Assembly: GCF_009914755.1 (NCBI RefSeq)
Contig: NC_060937.1
Length of the DNA: 64,000 bases
DNA from: the human T2T-CHM13v2.0 reference genome, Homo sapiens
Strand: one strand, 5' to 3'
Shown here: positions 59,131-64,000 of the stretch, piece after piece
Position numbering within the stretch: the first letter of the stretch is position 1
Layout of the letters: the number at the start of each line of letters is the position of its first letter
Notes under the pieces: generated by a model
The model's database searches: none
Told to the model about the DNA's origin: nothing
What the model saw: only the letters and a program-made list of their open reading frames with translations
Translations under genes and position numbers: made by a program

Positions 59131-60624
59131 ATTAGGAAATCTAAAAATACATAAATCAGCAAAACAAACCAAAACAACCCTTGCTCTCAAGTGTTACTTT
59201 ATTTTTAAATTTTGCTAGTGGAGACTGTGACATCAATATTTAAAATATTTTCTGTCCTTCATATGTAGTTGCTATAAACACTACTTTAAGCTGCATCTAC
59301 AATTATGTTATATAACTAAATGATGTAATTAAAAATTGTCCAATTCATTATAGCTACTAAATGCTAATATTGCAACTGACAATGAATGATATTTTGGAAT
59401 AAAGCTGAATGGTCATTATAAAAATTGAAGTGACTTTATATCAAATTTATATCATAGATTCATCCCAAGATAAAATTTTAAAGCATCTATTGTTAAAAAT
59501 CCAATGCTATTGTTTTTAAATAATTATAAATTATATTCACTTTCATTAAAATATTTTATCCTAAATTTTATATTTTTATTAACCAAAGAAGTAAATTTTT
59601 TTTTAGAACATCTAGGTCGCTAGTATATAAACTATGTAGACATAAACTCTGAAATTAAGGGACAGAGTATTTTATTTAGGAAGCAAATAGTAAAAAGGTT
59701 ATATGCGCTTTATGGACTTTTACACTGATAGCACAAGAGCTTGGTTTCGTGGAACAATAATACAGTGAATTTCAGGTTCTAATTTTGTGGATATAAAAAG
59801 CACCACTTCTGATAAAAACATCTGGCTTGAGTGTCTCTGAAAGCTAGTTCCACAAATTTTCGGTGCTCTTCAGAACATGGGAGCTGATTGTGATTAATCA
59901 GGGAAAAGCCCTTTTCTAATAAGGCTCTGTCCAGTCCAATTGCTGAACATGACAGTCTTGAGAATTACATTGCCAAATGGTCTACCAGATATAGAAGGTT
60001 GAAAAATTGGCTGAATTAAATAGCTCACCCTAGATGACCTTAAAAATGGACATTTTGACTGAAGGTAAAGAAAAACTCATGCATTAACGATTTTGTATAT
60101 TATATATGTATTTTGGAAGAAAAACATTATAGGATGCTTCTTTCATCCTGACTACTTCCAAGTATTATTATCCTGTTAAAATGCTGCAATCACTCAGGTG
60201 ACAGCCTGCAGTGTGCATCCATCCCTTCACTCCTGATTACAGATAGCATTTGCAGCATGAGGATGAGAGAGGAAAGTGAGAGCCTGGACACGGAGAAAAG
60301 TCATCAGAAATCATAAGAGAATAGAAGCTCATTTTTATGACTTTGCCACCTCCCAGTTAAGTGTCTGCTGCAGACATTTATTGCTATTAAAAAGTGGGCT
60401 TCTAAGACAAGTGAATCATGTCTCAGAGTGTTCTAGTCTCCAACATAATTAATAGCCAGGAGATTTTGTACATAGAATTTGTCAACTCAAAAGCAAAAGT
60501 CTTTAAATTGGTGTATAGACTTGTATAGTTCAATCGTCAGACAATCAAAGGCTGTTTGATTGCATGCAGATAGGTCACTAGTCTCACTAACAGAAGACAG
60601 TAGTCCATTTAAAAATACCTGCTC

Positions 60625-61427
<803 letters not shown>

Positions 61428-62359
61428 TTATATTTACTTGCAAAAAATTTTTCTTCAATCTTGTGAAAGCAAATGTTTACAGAAATCTGAATTTGGTAGC
61501 ATAGATCACCCTTATCTTTGGCATTATTTTGTTCCACAGATAAAACAATGTAAAGGAATGTTTTGATCTACCAAAAATATGAGTTTTATGATTCATTGTG
61601 ATTTTATCTCATTAAAAATAAAACATAGACAAAATTTATAATATATGGACATACAAAAGATAAAAATTTAAAGTCACCCATAATTTCAGTATTCTTGCAA
61701 CTACTGTTAGGAATATGTATATCTTCCATTGATATCTCCCTGTGTTGCTGAATTATATTTTATCAGTCTCATCTGGGTGAGCATTTTACTTTTTTTCCAG
61801 TATTTGCCAATAAACAACACTAAGGTAAAATTTATTTTAGATAAGCTTTTATATAAGCTCATTATTATTTCTTGAGAAAATATTCCTAGAGATATGACAG
61901 CATTAAGACTTTTAATATGCATTACCTTATTTATCTCCAAAAACTGATACCAATTTAAACTCTCATAATGATTGTTAGCTAGCATTTGCTTCTATAAACT
62001 CTGAAACCACAGATTATTCTCTTACTGAAAGTCTTTTCAAAAATAAATGTTAAAAATTATATTGCTATAATCTTTTGTTTAAATGTCCATTTTCTTTATT
62101 ATAAAAACGGTAGTTTGTAATTATATCACCTGTTAATTTTTGAATGCTTGTTGGTTTTTTATGCTTTTCGTATTTTATTAGTTCCTATTATCATTTAACT
62201 TGTAGAAACACGTATTAAAATTATTAATGATGCTTTCATTTTTAGTTAATAATCTGATTAGTTATACATTTGTGTTACAACTTTTGTTTAAGACGTTCTA
62301 ATACATGGAAAGTTTTCTTTGTTGGTCCAGTCAAGTCTATCATTCTGGCAGCAGCCAAC

Positions 62360-63440
62360 CTGAAGGAAATGTCAATGATCAAACCTAGGATTATTTGAAC
62401 ATCAAAATACATAATTAAGGCCAAGCGTAGTGGCTCATGCCTGTAATCCCAGCACTTTGGGAGGTGAGGCAGGCGGATCATGAGGTCAGGAGATTGAGAC
62501 CATGCTAGCTAACATGGTGAAACCCTGTCTCCACTAAAAAAATACAAAAAAAAAATAGCTGTGCGTGGTGGTGGACACCTGTAGTCCCAGCTACTCAGGA
62601 GGCTGAGGCAGGAGAATGGCATGAACACAGAAGGCAGAGTTTGCAATGAGCTGAGATGGCGCCCTGCACTCCAGCCTGGGCGACAGAGTGAGACTCTGTC
62701 TCAAACAACAACAACAACAACAACAACAAAAATAATTGACAGATTATAATCCATAGTGTAAAGTAAGTATCCATGAGTTCAAACTGACATAAATAAATAA
62801 TAAGTAAATGAATAAATGGAGAAAATGTACACCTCTTTCTTAAGTAGAATTTTCAATTAATAAGTGTAGAAAAATAATGGAAAAGAAAAATTACCATTTG
62901 GCAAAGAGTACAATAAAAATTCTTCCAGGCAAGGATCATCTGTGTATACTAAAATTGTGAGCAACAGTATGAAAAGAAACAAGATATTTTCAATGTTTCA
63001 AAATACCTCCCCATACAATGTTTACTAATTAAAGGTAGAAATACAGTAAATGTGTAACTGATAAACTGACACACAGCATCATGCACCTCCTAATTAATAT
63101 GATACTCTAAGAGCACAACATAATTTCTGTCATATTATTGCCAAAAATACATAAACTTCATTCTAACCGTGAGAAAACTTAAGACAAAAATTTGAGGGAG
63201 ATTCTACAAAATATCTGGCCAGTACTCTTCAAAAGTTCCAAAGTCATGAAAGACAAAGAAAGGACATTAGTGGGACAATTAGCAAGTATGTCGATGTTAA
63301 TTTCTTTGTTTTGACATTGTATTACTTTTATGTAAAATGTTATTTGGGAAAGCAAATTGAAGGCTATACCCAAATGTATACATTCTTTCTACAACTTGTT
63401 GGTAGCCTAAATATTATTTCAAAATTAATAAGTTAAAACA
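62360..63440 (+). mobile_element. L1MC-like 3' fragment
   Basis: GAGGGAGATTCTACAAAATATCTGGCCAGTACTCTTCAAAAG and CATGAAAGACAAAGAAAG motifs. Confidence 0.75.
62419..62730 (+). mobile_element. AluY/Sc-like with (CAA)n tail, inserted in an L1MC fragment
   Basis: Forward dimer, GGAGAATGGCATGAAC; flanking ATAATT on both sides. Confidence 0.9.
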
Positions 63441-63539
63441 ATCTACCAATCAGCTCCCTTGAGTGATCCATGTTATGTATCATTCTTGCAGTAGCATATT
63501 CTCTATAAGGTTACATGGATATCCCTTCACATTATATGA

Positions 63540-64000
63540 TATACATTTTTGGTTTTAGTATTTGGCCAAAAAATCCAATTGATGTGGAATTAATTTTGGT
63601 ATAAGATATAGGATGAGGATATTTATTCTTCAAAATGTTCATTAGTTGCCTCAACACGATTTATTGATTAATCAGTTCTGTATCTGCTTATTCGAACTGC
63701 TATTCTCATCTTATCCTAATTATTGCATCACTGGAATCACTTTTTCATTTTCTCCTGCATTTCATCAGCCTCACTCTTCTTGTGCTAGTTCCATAATGCC
63801 TTTATTGTTATGGATTTATAGTGTTATACTATAAGATAAGTCAAATATCACTTCATGAGATTTTAATATTTTTTCAGAATGATTACTTCAAAATGCACCT
63901 TATTTTATTGTAATACATGAATAAGATTTTATTAGACTTCTAAGTATACTTATTAGAATTGCAGTTAGAACTGTATTATGTTATATTATCGTGGTATCAT
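63540..64000 (-). mobile_element. Old L1M ORF2-region fragment
   Basis: GGAATTAATTTTGGTATAAG...TTGCCTCAACACGATTTATTGA resembles antisense L1 ORF2. Confidence 0.55.

Overview
AT-rich primate (human or great ape) genomic DNA, intronic or intergenic in character, with no intact protein-coding gene that I can name. It is dominated by interspersed repeats: a full-length ~6.05 kb L1PA2-type LINE-1 on the minus strand (ORF1 and ORF2 disabled, antisense ORF0 intact), about 13 Alu/FRAM SINEs, a near full-length HSMAR2 mariner split by an Alu with a ~260-nt purine tail containing (GGAA)14, several solo LTRs (THE1 x2, MLT1 x2, LTR33-like, LTR27/28-like, LTR22, MER41-like with a nested LTR1, LTR12F nested in an Alu), and old L1M, MIR and DNA-transposon fragments. 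The most interesting non-repeat signal is inferred and unconfirmed: a series of + strand segments bounded by AG/GT splice signals, mostly ending in phase 1, with long reading frames broken by a few stops or frameshifts (one resembles an Ig-domain exon). These may be relics of a decayed multi-exon gene. There are also two strong minus-strand exon candidates and several local duplications, two tied to (TA)n tracts. Subfamily names come from recalled consensus features, not from a database search.
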